Made by a program: the position numbers and the translations under genes. Below, piece after piece: positions 1 to 7,833 of a stretch of 64,000 nucleotides of DNA. Under the pieces are notes generated by a model. The model did not search any database and had not been told where the DNA came from. It saw only the letters and a program-made list of their open reading frames with translations. Every line of letters begins with the position of its first letter. Position 1 is the stretch's first letter. Source of the stretch: Pyrodictiaceae archaeon. Lineage in GTDB: Archaea; Thermoproteota; Thermoprotei_A; Sulfolobales; WANQ01. The stretch spans positions 17,347-81,346 of the forward strand of contig WANQ01000041.1 of the NCBI GenBank assembly GCA_015521735.1, written 5' to 3'.

Positions 1-23
1 TTGCTGGTTCAACTCTATCCTTT

Positions 24-536
24 GTGGGCTTAATATTATTGTTTATTGCTCCTGGAATTGGTGTTGCAGTAATATTTGTTTCGAGAATAATTGTCTTACT
101 TGCATCTAGGGGTGTTGCTCTTGTTCGTCAACTACCCTTGGTTTACCGTAATGTCTTCGCATCGATTGTTCTAGGTGTTTTAGCGTTAATTGTCTTTGTT
201 GTATCAGCTTATACTACGTACTTCTTTGTAGGACCTGAGGGTATGCCGGAGTCGTTGGAGGATATTCTTAGTGGGGGTGCTATGAATATATTGTTGGCTG
301 GTATTCTTGCTTCATGGGTTATACTCATAGTATCCTTACTGTACCTTGAGAAAGCTTATGGTGTGTTAGCTAGGGTTTTCAATATAGGTTTCTTTAAGTG
401 GTCTCCAATAGTATACATTATCGGATTACTCGTAGTTGTAACTGGGCTTGGAGTAATAGTGTTGATGGTTGGAGCATTATTGGAGCTAGCTGCTTGGATG
501 AATACTCCGTGGGAGGAAGTCGAGGCCGTAAAATAG
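24..536 (+). CDS. Polytopic membrane protein of unknown function; possibly 5'-truncated by the window edge
   Basis: 170-aa ORF with several hydrophobic helices (LILLFIAPGIGVAVIFV, IVLGVLALIVFVVSAY, ILIVSLLYL, IIGLLVVVTGLGVIVLMV). The frame has no stop between nt 3 and 24, so the gene may start left of the window. Confidence 0.5.
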   Translation: MGLILLFIAPGIGVAVIFVSRIIVLLASRGVALVRQLPLVYRNVFASIVLGVLALIVFVVSAYTTYFFVGPEGMPESLEDILSGGAMNILLAGILASWVILIVSLLYLEKAYGVLARVFNIGFFKWSPIVYIIGLLVVVTGLGVIVLMVGALLELAAWMNTPWEEVEAVK

Positions 537-538
537 TC

Positions 539-1120
539 TTATATAATTAGTGTTTTCTTGGACTCGCTTGTCATGGCCTTAGCTGTTAGGTATCCTGCAA
601 TTGCTCCTACTATGTGTGCTATATTGTTTATTTGGCCAGGGTATGCTAGGTTACTTAATAGTAGGACTATTATTAGGAAGGCTAGTACTGTTGCAGCTGT
701 ACCAGTAATCTTTTTCTCAACTACTATTAGTGCTCCAAATAATCCGAATACTGCTCCACTTGCACCAGCACTAAATACTGGGAGTATTAGGCTAGCTATA
801 TTACCTGCTATTCCTGAGGTGAAGTATATTGTTAGTGTTCTTGTGGGGCCATAGTATGCTTCTATTATTCTACCAGCAATGTATAATGCGTACATGTTAA
901 AGAATAAGTGCAGTGGGTCCATGTGGAGGAATAGTGATGTTATTAGCCTCCACCACTCGCCCATGTATAGTATGAAGTATGGGTGTAGTGCTAGGTCTCG
1001 TATTGCTTGTGGGTTTGGGCCGAAGTCTGGTCCTAGTCCATAGTATGCTATAACGCTTATGTATGTAGCTGTGTTCAACACAACTAGTAGTAGTGTAGTC
1101 TTCTGGTACACATAGTACAC
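539..1120 (-). CDS. Rhomboid-family intramembrane serine protease
   Basis: WRLITSLFLHMDPLHLFFNMYALY (WR/H motif region), GASGAVFGLFGA (GxSG catalytic serine) and NIAHIVGAIAG (catalytic His helix). About 6 TM segments. Confidence 0.85.
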   Translation of the reverse strand: MYYVYQKTTLLLVVLNTATYISVIAYYGLGPDFGPNPQAIRDLALHPYFILYMGEWWRLITSLFLHMDPLHLFFNMYALYIAGRIIEAYYGPTRTLTIYFTSGIAGNIASLILPVFSAGASGAVFGLFGALIVVEKKITGTAATVLAFLIIVLLLSNLAYPGQINNIAHIVGAIAGYLTAKAMTSESKKTLII

Positions 1121-1211
1121 CTTAACAGCTATATCATAGTGTACTACAGTTACCGTGTACTGCAGGTACTTATGGTCTAAACTCCTGCTACGCTAGTATC
1201 TAATACTCTGG

Positions 1212-1964
1212 ATGGAAATTAAGTATTATGGAGTTGAACGAGTATTGGGTAAGCTTACGCTATCACTGGTAATAGTCATAGCATTCTCTATAGTAGCAGT
1301 GGTATTGAATACAGGTATTCCAAGCATACTAGGAGGAAATAGGGCTTCTTGGACTAAAGCTATAACTTTAACCGACGATAACGTGTTAATAGATATACTG
1401 TATGCTGAGCCAAGTAAGCCTAGGCAAGTAGTAGTAATGGTTCATGACATACCCTATACGTTTAACAAGGATATGTGGAGGAATCTTGACGTTGCTTCTA
1501 GGCTATTAAACTATGATAGCATAGTAGTATTATTTGATCTTAGATTCCACGGTAATAGTACACCCGTCTTAGCTAGTGGCTCAGTAGCGGTACCATATGA
1601 GCAGGGCTATGAGGGCTATGTTAGGGATATTAGCTCGGTTGTATCATGGGCTAAGAAGAACTTTAACGACCTGCCAATAATACTTGTAGGTTATGGTGAG
1701 TCGGGTAAATATGTTCTTGAGTATGCTGTAGGTGATCCAAGTGTACGTGGTGTAGCCTTATTGTTTACGAAGTATGTTGAAGTAGAGGATCTTGTTAAAG
1801 AGTATGGTGGTCCACTACTAGTATTATCTGATGACTTTATGTGGAAGAGTGTAAGGAACATATTGTTTATTGAGGTTCTTAGGGATGCAGTGGGTAATCC
1901 TATGTGGAGTGACTATGACTTAGACATATTCTTTAACTGGATTAAGAACCTAGGAGCATCCTAG
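1212..1964 (+). CDS. Membrane-anchored alpha/beta-hydrolase-fold-like protein (paralog 1)
   Basis: N-terminal TM helix, then VVVMVHD...FDLRFHGNS (HG oxyanion-type motif) and LVGYGESGKY at the nucleophile-elbow position. Paralogous to the next ORF. Confidence 0.45.
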   Translation: MEIKYYGVERVLGKLTLSLVIVIAFSIVAVVLNTGIPSILGGNRASWTKAITLTDDNVLIDILYAEPSKPRQVVVMVHDIPYTFNKDMWRNLDVASRLLNYDSIVVLFDLRFHGNSTPVLASGSVAVPYEQGYEGYVRDISSVVSWAKKNFNDLPIILVGYGESGKYVLEYAVGDPSVRGVALLFTKYVEVEDLVKEYGGPLLVLSDDFMWKSVRNILFIEVLRDAVGNPMWSDYDLDIFFNWIKNLGAS

Positions 1965-2096
1965 CATAAACGTCTTAGGCTAGTCTTTGATGCTCTCTAG
2001 GGGTTATTTTTCTTTGAGGGAGAAGTAATTTATACTACTAGGAATGGTAAGGAAAGAGTAGAGGTCGTGTTAGCCTAGCTGGGGGAATGTGTAGTT

Positions 2097-2927
2097 ATGA
2101 GGACTCTTACTTATGCTGTAGTACTAGGTGTAATAGTCTTAGCACTACTTATTGTTAGTCTTCTACCATATATTACTGGTGCCCATGTTGTAGCTGAGAA
2201 GAAGCCTCCCGTTACATGGGGTTATATTAAGATCACTATGCCTGACATAGTATTGTCAGCCTACTATGCTAAGCCTACTAGTGCTCCTCCTAAGGCTTTA
2301 GTCGTCATTGTACCTGGGTCTAGAGAGGTTAGTAATGCTTGGAATGCTACTGGTTTACCAAGGCAACTAGCTCTTAGAGGATACGGTGTAGTATTATTTG
2401 ATCTTAGAGGTCATGGTGGAAGCAATATGAGGCCTAATGGTAGTATTGTTAATGCTGCATCACTAACTGAAACCGATTATGAGAGAATGGTTCTTGACCT
2501 TGAAGCAGTTGTAAAGACTTTCAAGAACTATTTCAGAGTAGATAAGGTGTTCATAGTCGGCTCTGATATTGGTGCTTCAATAACAGTACTCTACGCCTAT
2601 AAGAGTAATTGGAGTGTTAATGGAGTAGTTGTTGTATCGCCTACATTTGATGCTAAGATACCTTTCCCGCTAAAACTGTTCATAGAGTACTTGAAGCATG
2701 GTGGTAGAGCAGCAATAATATATAGTCAGGGAGATGCTTATGCAGTAAAGGTGGTTAAGGAGATAAATGCTGTAAACTTTACTGAGTTAAACATAACTAA
2801 GCCTACATTCTATGCCTCAGGTAAACTAGGTCATGGTGTCTCGTTGTTGTTCAATGATAAAACGATTCCATCTAGAATAGCGGCTATAATAGACTCGTTC
2901 TATGCTTTAAGCTTGAAGAAGAAGTAG
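2097..2927 (+). CDS. Membrane-anchored alpha/beta-hydrolase-fold-like protein (paralog 2)
   Basis: N-terminal TM helix, LVVIVPGSRE...FDLRGHGGS, and an elbow-like IVGSDIGAS (Asp at the nucleophile position). Collinear with ORF 1212-1964. Confidence 0.45.
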   Translation: MRTLTYAVVLGVIVLALLIVSLLPYITGAHVVAEKKPPVTWGYIKITMPDIVLSAYYAKPTSAPPKALVVIVPGSREVSNAWNATGLPRQLALRGYGVVLFDLRGHGGSNMRPNGSIVNAASLTETDYERMVLDLEAVVKTFKNYFRVDKVFIVGSDIGASITVLYAYKSNWSVNGVVVVSPTFDAKIPFPLKLFIEYLKHGGRAAIIYSQGDAYAVKVVKEINAVNFTELNITKPTFYASGKLGHGVSLLFNDKTIPSRIAAIIDSFYALSLKKK

Positions 2928-2956
2928 TGGGGGAAGGGGTGCTTTTCTTCATAGGG

Positions 2957-4591
2957 CTAGGCTGGTTTTACCTTAAGTTCCTCTAAGTCTACTAGTAGTC
3001 TTAGTGGTCCTCTACTACTATGTATTAATGCTTCAGCGTACCTAGCGTTTCGGTTCTTTATTCCAAGTATATTGTAGTTTCTTATGCCATTGTATTTTAG
3101 CGTGTATTCTACTAGGTTCTCTATTATCCTTTGATCATAGCTGTATCCTGTAACTCTAATTGACCCGTCTATTAGTGCGTGTATGTCTATGGTTACTGCT
3201 CCTATAATCCATGTTAGTATTAGTCCACCGTTATCGTCTTCTTCTATTGTTTTTAGCCTTGGCTTACTGAATCCTAGTTTTGCTAGTAGTTTAAGGGATT
3301 TTTCTAGAGCGTATCTTCTAGATAGTTCTATTCTTCTAAGCTGTACTATGAGTGGGTGGTCTACTAGGTAGACGTAGTTTCTTACACCATCTGTTGCTGC
3401 TGCTATGTAGCTTGACCCTGCTTTACGTATGCTCGTGACCTTTAAGCCATGGTCTTCTAGTATTTTCTTTACAGCTTCTTCTCCTACGTCTATGTCTAGT
3501 GATAGTACTTTGTTGTCTTCGACGCCTACCAGTGCTTTGACCTTTACTCCTATTCCTTCTAGTTCTACTAGTAGGTGTAGTGGTTTCTCTGATTCAATAC
3601 TCCATTTAGCTAGCTTTAACTCTACTCCTTTAAGTCCCTTCTTTTCTGCTTCCTCCTTAACCTTTTCTACTACCTCGTTTAATCCCCTGTACTTCTCGAT
3701 GGATATGACTCCTTCAGCTCCAACTATTACTTTGTATAGCTTAGTTGTAGTAGAAGCTACTATGTGTAGTGTTTCGCCCTTATTTTCTTCTCTTAGTATT
3801 ATGAGTGATTCTATTGGTGAGCCTAGGGTGTTTGATAGTAGTTCTTCTAGGCTACTAGTCTTTATTCTACGTCTTATGATGTCGGTCTTGCCTGTGTACT
3901 TGTTTATTTTTAGGGCTATGTCGTAGTACTTTGACTCTACTATTACGTGGTAGTGTTTCTCTTTGCCTATGATGTGTATTTTGTATTCTTCTTTACTAGT
4001 GTCTTCTCCTCCTATGAGTTCGTCTATTACTTGGTCTACTGTTCTTTCTACTACTTTTCTGCCACCTAGTTTTTCCTCAAACCATTGGTCTAGTTTTCTA
4101 GCAGTATTTACTGCTATTTCTTCTACTTCCTCTTTGCTTAGTGGCTCTATTTTCTTGGTTATAGTGTCTTCCCATTCATCTATTTCTACTAGTCCATTCC
4201 TATCGTTTAGTGTTAATGCTATACGCCATCTAAGTACTACTAGTACTGCTAGTTTTGATTCACTGTATTCTTTGGTTGGGTTTAAGAATATGTTTATGCT
4301 ACCTAGTTTTAGGGATATACTTGACTGTTCTCCAGGCATTATGAGTTTGCCTTGGTGTTTGCTTAGCCATTCCTCTCCAAACCATTTCATTAAGGCTATT
4401 TTAGCCTTGTATTCTGGTTTTCTTGTACCCGTCTTCTCTACTTCAACTGGTTCTACTAGTACTTCTATACCCTTAACCATTACCTCTTCTCTAGGTATAC
4501 CTAGTTTTTCGACTACCTTGTATGCTTCTTCTACTGCTTCAATAGGTGTTCTCTTGGAGTATAGGGGTTTAGTGTAAGGGAATGTGATCAA
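2957..4591 (-). CDS. Cytoplasmic 544-aa protein made of ~6-7 tandem helix+beta (PepSY-like) repeats; function unknown
   Basis: No signal peptide or TM. Units of ~55-65 aa recur, each an amphipathic helix ending in x-G-(I/L/F) (EKLGIP, EEKLGG, SNTLGSP, AEKKGLKG, LEDHGLK, LAKLGFSK, LKYNGIRN) followed by short strand-like segments. Starts 6 nt after the upstream ATPase gene. Confidence 0.6.
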   Translation of the reverse strand: MITFPYTKPLYSKRTPIEAVEEAYKVVEKLGIPREEVMVKGIEVLVEPVEVEKTGTRKPEYKAKIALMKWFGEEWLSKHQGKLIMPGEQSSISLKLGSINIFLNPTKEYSESKLAVLVVLRWRIALTLNDRNGLVEIDEWEDTITKKIEPLSKEEVEEIAVNTARKLDQWFEEKLGGRKVVERTVDQVIDELIGGEDTSKEEYKIHIIGKEKHYHVIVESKYYDIALKINKYTGKTDIIRRRIKTSSLEELLSNTLGSPIESLIILREENKGETLHIVASTTTKLYKVIVGAEGVISIEKYRGLNEVVEKVKEEAEKKGLKGVELKLAKWSIESEKPLHLLVELEGIGVKVKALVGVEDNKVLSLDIDVGEEAVKKILEDHGLKVTSIRKAGSSYIAAATDGVRNYVYLVDHPLIVQLRRIELSRRYALEKSLKLLAKLGFSKPRLKTIEEDDNGGLILTWIIGAVTIDIHALIDGSIRVTGYSYDQRIIENLVEYTLKYNGIRNYNILGIKNRNARYAEALIHSSRGPLRLLVDLEELKVKPA

Positions 4592-4597
4592 GGCTTG

Positions 4598-6037
4598 CTA
4601 TCCCCATCTAATCTTGTATTCAAGGATAGGAGTAGGGTATTCTGATGGGAGGAGTGTGTGGAGTAGGTGTTTGGTGTAGGAGCGTGTTTTTACTGCTAGG
4701 TCTACTATTTCTTTGAATAGGTGTTTGTCTAGTTCACCGTGAGGTGCTATTATCTTGATCATTCCGGATACTATGCGTGCTATTGCTTTTTCATCTCTAA
4801 TCGTGAACCCTTTACCTAGTTCTACGTAGTCTAATACCATTCTCCTATAATCTATTCTACGTAGCTGGTGTAGTACTTCAGCGTAGAAGTCTATTACTAG
4901 TCCAGGCTTGTTTGATAAGTGTATGTTGCTGACCATGATTTTTGGTAGACTCCATCCTGGTATGAATCCGTGGATACGGTCAAGGAATGCTGAATCCTTC
5001 ATGAAGCTTGGCAGTGACTTGAGGAGTACTTCTACTTGGTCTACCTTATTGTCTGAGTCAATGTTGCCTATGAATACTAGACTGCAATCGCTATGTGCTT
5101 GCTTAGGCCCTCTCTCAAAGAATCCACTCTCCATGTAGTCTTTGAGTTTTCCTACTACTTCTTCTCCTCCAGTAAACTTTATTCTAGCTACTTCATCAAA
5201 TACTACTACGTCTTTAACTGCTATAAGGCCTGGTTGCTTGGTTATTATGTTGTAGAATAATTGTGCTGGTGTAATTCTACCACCACTTATAATCCTTGAG
5301 TAATAGCTTATGTTTCGGTAAAGGAATGTCTTACCTGTTGCACGTGGACCAAATTCTGCTAAATTAACATTTGGTTCAGCGAAGGGTACAAGTCTTAGGA
5401 GAAGTACTAGTTTTTGCTTCCAACTATATGCTTCTGGGTTTAAGCCTATAGTACTAACTACTACGTCAACCCATTCCCTAGGAGTAAACTTACGGGTAGC
5501 GTCGATGAACCAGTCAAGGTCTACTCTTGATACTTGGAAGGGGGTAAAGCCTACCACTACTACCTTCTCATCTGTCTCAGGCTTGTATGCTAGTTCTACT
5601 ACACCCCACATACCAGTTCTAAGTAGGTTTTCATGCTCTGATACTATTTCATCGAGTATACCAGCACTAGTTAAGCCCAAGCTAGGAATAGAAGCTTTAA
5701 GTAAGCCTCTCTTTACATCAACTGTTACCTTCAACTCATCTATGATCTTGATACTACCTTTAACCATTAACTCGTGTAAGTACTTATCACGTGATGATGG
5801 ATCAGGATAATACTTTCTAACAAACTCTACTAGGCGACGGCAATCATTTCTTCTACAAAGCTTTGATACAAGGTACTCAGAAACAAATCTAGGCAATCTA
5901 GAAACATACTGGTTATGTACAAGGCTTTTATCAACAACTAACCCCTTAAACACACTGGAAAGTCTATTCCACAAGCTACTACTACCTACTCTCTCCCCAA
6001 CCATGCTAGTAGCAGCAGTAGTTGATAGTATAGACAT
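4598..6037 (-). CDS. BrxL-like AAA+ ATPase (BrxL N-terminal + ATPase domains, no Lon-protease domain; TIGR02688-type)
   Basis: N-terminal pattern FKGLVVDKSL...LPRFVSEYLVSKL...GSIKIIDEL. Atypical P-loop FGPRATGKT (GP[RK][GS]TGK[ST] type) and Walker B VVVFDEV. At 479 aa it is about 200 aa shorter than BREX BrxL. Confidence 0.7.
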   Translation of the reverse strand: MSILSTTAATSMVGERVGSSSLWNRLSSVFKGLVVDKSLVHNQYVSRLPRFVSEYLVSKLCRRNDCRRLVEFVRKYYPDPSSRDKYLHELMVKGSIKIIDELKVTVDVKRGLLKASIPSLGLTSAGILDEIVSEHENLLRTGMWGVVELAYKPETDEKVVVVGFTPFQVSRVDLDWFIDATRKFTPREWVDVVVSTIGLNPEAYSWKQKLVLLLRLVPFAEPNVNLAEFGPRATGKTFLYRNISYYSRIISGGRITPAQLFYNIITKQPGLIAVKDVVVFDEVARIKFTGGEEVVGKLKDYMESGFFERGPKQAHSDCSLVFIGNIDSDNKVDQVEVLLKSLPSFMKDSAFLDRIHGFIPGWSLPKIMVSNIHLSNKPGLVIDFYAEVLHQLRRIDYRRMVLDYVELGKGFTIRDEKAIARIVSGMIKIIAPHGELDKHLFKEIVDLAVKTRSYTKHLLHTLLPSEYPTPILEYKIRWG

Positions 6038-6256
6038 AACCAGCCTAGCCCTCAGCTAGGAACAAAGCTATGAGCCTTGAAGAGTATAAAAGAAGACCTC
6101 CACATATACTAGTAAAAGCCTACAACAAAGTTAAGAGAGAATAATACCAGGATAACACCATGCAGAAACCACAAGAGGATTTCCAGCAATACTGTTATTA
6201 TTCATTAAGGGAAATTCTTATGAAGCTCGATAACCTAGAGTAAACTCTGAGGAAGA

Positions 6257-6320
6257 GGCCGCGGAGTGGCCCCCACGGTGAAGGAGGGATGAGCCGTGGG
6301 TTATTTGCCGTGACGCGGCC
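6257..6320 (+). repeat. GC-rich two-tier hairpin element, family copy A (possible structured ncRNA)
   Basis: Outer stem GGCCGCG 6257-6263 / CGCGGCC 6314-6320. Inner stem CCCACGG 6272-6278 / CCGTGGG 6294-6300 closes the loop TGAAGGAGGGATGAG. Shares GGAG-N-GCCCCAC and GGATGAG with copy D, and 7-8-mers with copy B. Confidence 0.4.
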
Positions 6321-6795
6321 TTTTCTCTGCTTCCTTCTCTATAGCTTCTAGTTCAACTACTAGTTTCCTTGGATTATTCTTCTTAATTATTCTCACGTAG
6401 TTTGCTAGGTTATCTGCTAGTAGTACTAGGTATTCCATGTACTTCGGCTTTCCTGAACCCTCACGTATTTTATTATGATGTACTATTTTATCGTATAACT
6501 TGTCGTCTACTATGATTAGTGCTGGGTTCAAGGAGTTTAAGTAGTCTAATAACTCGTCTACGTTATCGAATACTTTTACTACCTCTACTAGGCTTTTTAT
6601 TCTATTCTGGTATCGTTTAATGAATGTCCTCATGTACTGCTTCTTTCTATCAGAACCTATTCTGCGGAAATGTTTAAGCATACTACATGTCCTAGTGAAC
6701 CTTCTACTCTTTAATACATCTTCCCTAGCTCCTACGAGTACTATAATGTATGCTCCATTAACGCTAACATCTACTGCTACAATGAGGTCTCCCAA
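6301..6795 (-). CDS. Hypothetical protein (164 aa)
   Basis: Intact ORF 10 nt downstream of the molybdopterin oxidoreductase gene. Strand-like LIVAVDVS and ALIIVDD segments, but no family recognised. The last codons (RPRHGK*) are encoded inside GC-rich element A. Confidence 0.45.
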   Translation of the reverse strand: MGDLIVAVDVSVNGAYIIVLVGAREDVLKSRRFTRTCSMLKHFRRIGSDRKKQYMRTFIKRYQNRIKSLVEVVKVFDNVDELLDYLNSLNPALIIVDDKLYDKIVHHNKIREGSGKPKYMEYLVLLADNLANYVRIIKKNNPRKLVVELEAIEKEAEKRPRHGK

Positions 6796-6805
6796 TAAAC
6801 CACCA

Positions 6806-7753
6806 TTACTTATCCTTGAATCTCTCCTCTAACCATACATTACCTCTAGGATGATATCCTAGTTTCTCCCAGAATCCATCAACGTACTTATCGGTGAAGA
6901 CTATCTCGCTTACCCATTTAACACCCTTCCACCCATACAGGTGTGGTATTATTATTCTTGCAGGAAAACCCTGCTCTATGCTAAGGGGCCTACCGTTTAA
7001 TCTAAGAGCTAGTAGTGAGTCCTCATGTAGGAAGTCTTCTAATGGTATACTTGTCGTGTAGCCGTCCAGTCCCTTTACTAAAACCCACTTAGCATTATCC
7101 TTTACTCCTGCTAATCCTGCTAAATGCTTTAATGGTACTCCACTCCACTTAACACCCTTAACACTCCAACCAGTAACACAGTGGAAATCCACTACTATCT
7201 CCTTACAAGGCATTAACTGTAGTTCCTCATAGGATAACTCTGCCTCCTCTTCCACTAGACCTGTAATTCTTAAACGCCACTTCCTAACATCTACTTCTGG
7301 CTGACCAAGTATGCGGTATATTGTGAAGAATTGAACATATTTTTGACCTGGCGGTAGCATACCTACAACATTACGTTTAGGAGCACTTTCTAGCTTAGGC
7401 TCATTATAGGATTCAACGCTACGTTCACCCTGCTTCAACGGTACAGTACATACGACTAGTTTTACAGTGTTGCCATGTGCTATTAGTCTACAGCTAATAT
7501 AGCCTTCTCTAAGATACAATCTATACTTAAATAACATGTAGTTTAATCCTATAGGCTCATTCTCAGTAAACTCTATTCGGTTAATGCTAACACCTAGTAC
7601 ATGCTCTACACGTTTAGCTAGTTCTCTTACAAGACTATAGAGGTCATCTAGACTACTATAACTCCACGAAGCCTTGCATTCAATAACTGATCCTACACCT
7701 TTAAGCGATAGTGTCCCGGAATCGTTAATACGACACTCTCCTAGACCACTCAT
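6806..7753 (-). CDS. Sulfite-oxidase-fold molybdopterin oxidoreductase domain protein with an extra ~130-aa N-terminal domain
   Basis: C-terminal two thirds match the oxidoreductase molybdopterin-binding domain: LPPGQKYV...WRLRITGLV, FHCVTGWSVKGVKWSGVPL, LNGRPLSIEQGFPARIIIPHLYGWKGVKWV. Confidence 0.8.
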   Translation of the reverse strand: MSGLGECRINDSGTLSLKGVGSVIECKASWSYSSLDDLYSLVRELAKRVEHVLGVSINRIEFTENEPIGLNYMLFKYRLYLREGYISCRLIAHGNTVKLVVCTVPLKQGERSVESYNEPKLESAPKRNVVGMLPPGQKYVQFFTIYRILGQPEVDVRKWRLRITGLVEEEAELSYEELQLMPCKEIVVDFHCVTGWSVKGVKWSGVPLKHLAGLAGVKDNAKWVLVKGLDGYTTSIPLEDFLHEDSLLALRLNGRPLSIEQGFPARIIIPHLYGWKGVKWVSEIVFTDKYVDGFWEKLGYHPRGNVWLEERFKDK

Positions 7754-7833
7754 AGCCTCTCAACACTTTTAGCCTAGGTGTAAACCTTATTATATCCTAC
7801 TAGTATAATCCTCTTCGCGGTGGACTACGTATT

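Noticed and set aside
3183-4577. Three plus-strand ORFs (3183-3371, 3429-3926, 3963-4577) opposite the 544-aa repeat protein
   Set aside because: They lie entirely antisense to a longer ORF and have extremely Ser/Leu/Thr/Phe-rich low-complexity translations. These are typical shadow ORFs of a purine-rich coding strand. The same reasoning applies to 558-854, 4908-5138, 5505-5810, 6620-6832, 8985-9227, 10973-11188, 11372-11791, 13050-13232, 13449-13847, 14117-14464, 18450-18638, 20877-21164, 21519-21719, 22505-22858, 23236-23535, 23650-23868, 27314-27508, 27626-27856, 29116-29379, 30508-30690, 30715-31047, 32557-32784, 35657-36097, 40109-40324, 40962-41210, 42113-42400, 42689-43234, 44697-44930, 46649-47011, 47528-47746, 48716-49246, 50186-50560, 50637-51152, 52088-52354, 53069-53302, 54203-54397, 55584-55793, 56361-56603, 57435-57626, 57922-58197, 58297-58482 and the short plus-strand ORFs inside 59315-63000.
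2957-6037. A BREX system
   Set aside because: Only a BrxL-like ATPase is present. No PglX methyltransferase, PglZ phosphatase or BrxA/B/C is visible within the window, and the ATPase lacks the Lon-like domain. The left window edge is only ~3 kb away, but the intervening genes are unrelated and on the other strand.
6241-6330. Element A as a C/D-box or H/ACA sRNA gene
   Set aside because: GGATGAG deviates from RUGAUGA, and no correctly spaced CUGA (D/D') boxes are present. The hairpin-internal loop-hairpin layout is H/ACA-like, but no ACA/ANA trinucleotide follows the basal stem on either strand. The GA...GAUGA K-loop reading is not conserved in copies C and D.
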